The translations under genes were made by a program, and so were the position numbers. 64,000 nucleotides of DNA from Demequinaceae bacterium (GTDB lineage: Bacteria; Actinomycetota; Actinomycetes; Actinomycetales; Demequinaceae), in NCBI GenBank assembly GCA_016933155.1, contig JAFGBM010000014.1:31776-95775 (forward strand). The letters are read 5' to 3'. The notes beneath the pieces were generated by a model, which saw only the letters and a program-made list of their open reading frames with translations, did not search any database and was not told the origin of the DNA. This document shows, piece after piece, positions 61,592 through 64,000 of this stretch. Every line of letters starts with the position of its first letter. The first letter of the stretch is position 1.

Positions 61592-62274
61592 CCGGGCTCC
61601 CCGCGGTTGGGGAGGGGTTCGATCAGCCCCGAGTGATTGTTGTGCACGTTTCCGACATCGCGCCCGACGGGCCGGGCCTCGACCGGAGGCATCTTCGAGG
61701 CGATCACGGCGCGTAGTTCGTCAGGTGTCGTCCTCGGGTCCATCCAGGCGTCCCTCGCCTCGGGGGTGAGCATGACGGGTTGTCGGTCGTGGATCCGGGC
61801 GAGATCGCCCTGGGTGGCGGTCGTCAGGATGGTGAACGTGAGGAGACGATCCTGGCCCCAGATCTCCCACAGGCCCGCAAAGGCTGCCGGGGAATCATCG
61901 GCGGGGTGGATGAAGTGGGGCATTTTCCCCTCGGGGGTGGCCTGCCATTCGTAGTAGCCGTTGGCGGGGACCAGGCAGCGGCGCTTGACGAACGCCGACC
62001 GAAAAGCGGGCTTGACGTCCACCGTCTCCGAGCGGGCGTTGAACATCTTCGCGCCGATGGAGGGTTCCTTCGCCCATGAGGGAAGGAGGCCCCATCGGGC
62101 GGTGACCAGGCATCTGGCGTCCGTCTCCGGGGAGACGATGGCAACCGGGGCGTGGTGCATCGGTGCGACGTTCCAGGACGGCGGGAGGAGCCGGGCAGCC
62201 TCCGTCACCTCGGCGATGGCGAAGGCCTCGATGGTCTCCCGTTCACGAAGGAAGTTGACGTAGCGCCCGCACAT
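61588..62274 (-). CDS. SOS response-associated peptidase (SRAP/YedK/HMCES)
   Basis: MCGRY, WNVAP, RWGL, NARSET, RRCLVPANGYYEW, IHDRQP. Confidence 0.95.
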   Translation of the reverse strand: MCGRYVNFLRERETIEAFAIAEVTEAARLLPPSWNVAPMHHAPVAIVSPETDARCLVTARWGLLPSWAKEPSIGAKMFNARSETVDVKPAFRSAFVKRRCLVPANGYYEWQATPEGKMPHFIHPADDSPAAFAGLWEIWGQDRLLTFTILTTATQGDLARIHDRQPVMLTPEARDAWMDPRTTPDELRAVIASKMPPVEARPVGRDVGNVHNNHSGLIEPLPNRGEPG

Positions 62275-62328
62275 GCCCCCAGCGTGCCACGACCGTCGGG
62301 CCGAGGTCGAGGCTTCCGAGCCGACGGT

Positions 62329-63999
62329 CTAGATGGCGCGCTCGCGGACGATGCGGGCGACGTCGATCCTCCGGACCGCGCGCGCCGCAGGCCACTGGGA
62401 CAGTGCCGCCGCGACGAGGACACCGAGGGCTGCGGCGGGCAGCGGCCACCATCCGAGGACGAGGTCGAGGCGGAAAAGGTCGCTCGAGAAGCTGGAATTG
62501 AGGGCCGCCGCCGTTATCACGCCCAGGACGAGGCCGAAGGGCAGGCCGAGGGCGGTCGCGGCGAGGTTCTCGGTGGCGATGGTCCAGGCGACTCGACGCG
62601 TCGGAACGCCGGCCGCGCGAAGGGTCGCGAGTTCGTTGGTGCGTTCCACGACGCTCACCGCCATCGTCACGTAGACGAGGGCGAAGGCGAGGATGACGCC
62701 GAGGACGATGAAGACGCCGACGAAGGCCCAGAAGAGTCCGAGGTAGGCCGTCGCCGATGCGACCAAGGCCTGGGAATCGGCGTAGGAGACAATCCCGGGC
62801 ATCTGGGTGATGGTTTGCCGGAGGGCATCGCGGTCGACACCGTCGGCAAAGGAGACGAGGTAGGTGTCGACCCCCGTGTCGGGCAGCACCGGGGCGATGA
62901 GGGACCGCGAGCCGTAGACCAGGGTCCCGAAAGGCTCGTCGACGAATCCTGCGAGTGTCACCGAGATCTCCCCCGATGCCGTCGCGAGCACGATCGTGTC
63001 CCCCGTCTCGACGTCGAGGAGGGAGGCCGTCTCGACGCCCGCCAGGACTCCGTCTGCGGGCAGGTCGATGGGTCGCCCTCCGGATGTCCGGAAGCCGTGC
63101 ATGGCGGTTCCGAGATCGAAGCCCGTGACGCTCGTGACGTAACTCCGGCCGTTCGCTATCGCGGTCACCGGACCCGCGACGATTGGCTCCACGGCCGTCA
63201 CGTCGGCGAGGTCGTCGAGGGATTGGGGGAAGCCCGACTGGGTCGCGTCGACCATGACGGTGGCGTCTTCGCGCTGGACCTCGGCGAACTGGACGTCGAG
63301 CATCTTCGTCATGCTCGTCATGAGGCCGACGGAGGCCAGCACGATGATGAGCGAAAGCGTCGTGCCGATCATGGTCGCGATGGTGCGGCGGCGGCTCCGG
63401 CCGATGTCGCGGAGGGCCATCCGGGTGGTGACGGGCAGGCGGCCGAGGCGGGCGACGAGGCGGCCCCAGGGCCCGGGGCCGTGGAGGGGGGAGGAGCTCC
63501 GCATGGCCTCGGCGGGCGCCGTGCGAGAGGCCTTCAACGCTGGGGCGAGGGCTCCGAGGGCGCCGACCACGAATCCGAAGGACATCCCGGTGATGAGGAT
63601 GGACGGGTGATTGCTGACGAGGGTGTCGGGGATCCCGATCGCGGACGTGTAGGCGCGGGTGATGGCCCCGTTGAGGAATCCGCCGGCGACGGTTCCGACG
63701 ACCGAGCCGATGAGTCCGATGGCGATTCCTTGGGCGAGGTAATGGCGGAGGATACGTCCCCGGCGGGCGCCGGAGGCCATGAGGGTTCCGATGACGGGGC
63801 GTTCCTGCAGGATCCGCCGCGAGAGCATGACGTAGGCTGCCACCGATGCCGCCGACAGGAACAGGAGGGGGAGGGTGACGGAGATCTCGTCGAATCCCTT
63901 GAGGTCTTCGTGAAGGGCGGCGTTGGACGGCTGGTCCTCCTGGGTCGTGACGTCGACGGCCCCGGCTGCGCGCATGGCCCGGGTGACCTGGTCCTCAAG
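62329..63999 (-). CDS. FtsX/MacB-like ABC permease, 5'-partial
   Basis: Two FtsX-type segments (ERPVIGTLMASG, ERTNELATLRAAG); frame open to the window end. Confidence 0.88.
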   Translation of the reverse strand, partial: LEDQVTRAMRAAGAVDVTTQEDQPSNAALHEDLKGFDEISVTLPLLFLSAASVAAYVMLSRRILQERPVIGTLMASGARRGRILRHYLAQGIAIGLIGSVVGTVAGGFLNGAITRAYTSAIGIPDTLVSNHPSILITGMSFGFVVGALGALAPALKASRTAPAEAMRSSSPLHGPGPWGRLVARLGRLPVTTRMALRDIGRSRRRTIATMIGTTLSLIIVLASVGLMTSMTKMLDVQFAEVQREDATVMVDATQSGFPQSLDDLADVTAVEPIVAGPVTAIANGRSYVTSVTGFDLGTAMHGFRTSGGRPIDLPADGVLAGVETASLLDVETGDTIVLATASGEISVTLAGFVDEPFGTLVYGSRSLIAPVLPDTGVDTYLVSFADGVDRDALRQTITQMPGIVSYADSQALVASATAYLGLFWAFVGVFIVLGVILAFALVYVTMAVSVVERTNELATLRAAGVPTRRVAWTIATENLAATALGLPFGLVLGVITAAALNSSFSSDLFRLDLVLGWWPLPAAALGVLVAAALSQWPAARAVRRIDVARIVRERAI

Positions 64000-64000
64000 G

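Overview
This is a high-GC actinobacterial chromosome segment; gene content and synteny suggest Micrococcales of the Cellulomonas/Demequina type (inference). I found no rRNA, tRNA, CRISPR array or transposase. Core genes are: a fused NfnB-NfnA-like flavoprotein (5'-truncated), a three-gene pnt transhydrogenase, phoH2, fumC, pfkB, xseAB, ispH, rmuC, ychF, vanW-fdxA-dapC-gltA-dapD-dapE-LOG-DUF3117, sigE with an anti-sigma, trpS, manC, nucleoside salvage (add, deoC, phosphomutase, PNP), an FTR1 iron permease, an OFA-type MFS with a small partner, and the accA-maf...accE-accD-birA locus. Notable signals: (1) an ~11.4 kb accessory block between maf and accE with two paralogous ABC-exporter pairs flanking a proteobacterial-type UbiE methyltransferase, plus tandem SanA/DUF218 paralogs; (2) an 18-bp DosR/DevR-like palindrome shared (17/18) by the pnt and OFA-MFS promoters, next to the fused Nfn gene; (3) two paralogous LRV/HEAT-repeat genes, one splitting xseA from xseB, both with RBS-covering hairpins and shared upstream motifs; (4) MabR/FasR-like, IdeR-like and SigH/SigE-like sites; (5) pervasive leaderless TANNNT-N6-start architecture. 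All calls come from reading motifs by eye; no searches were run.
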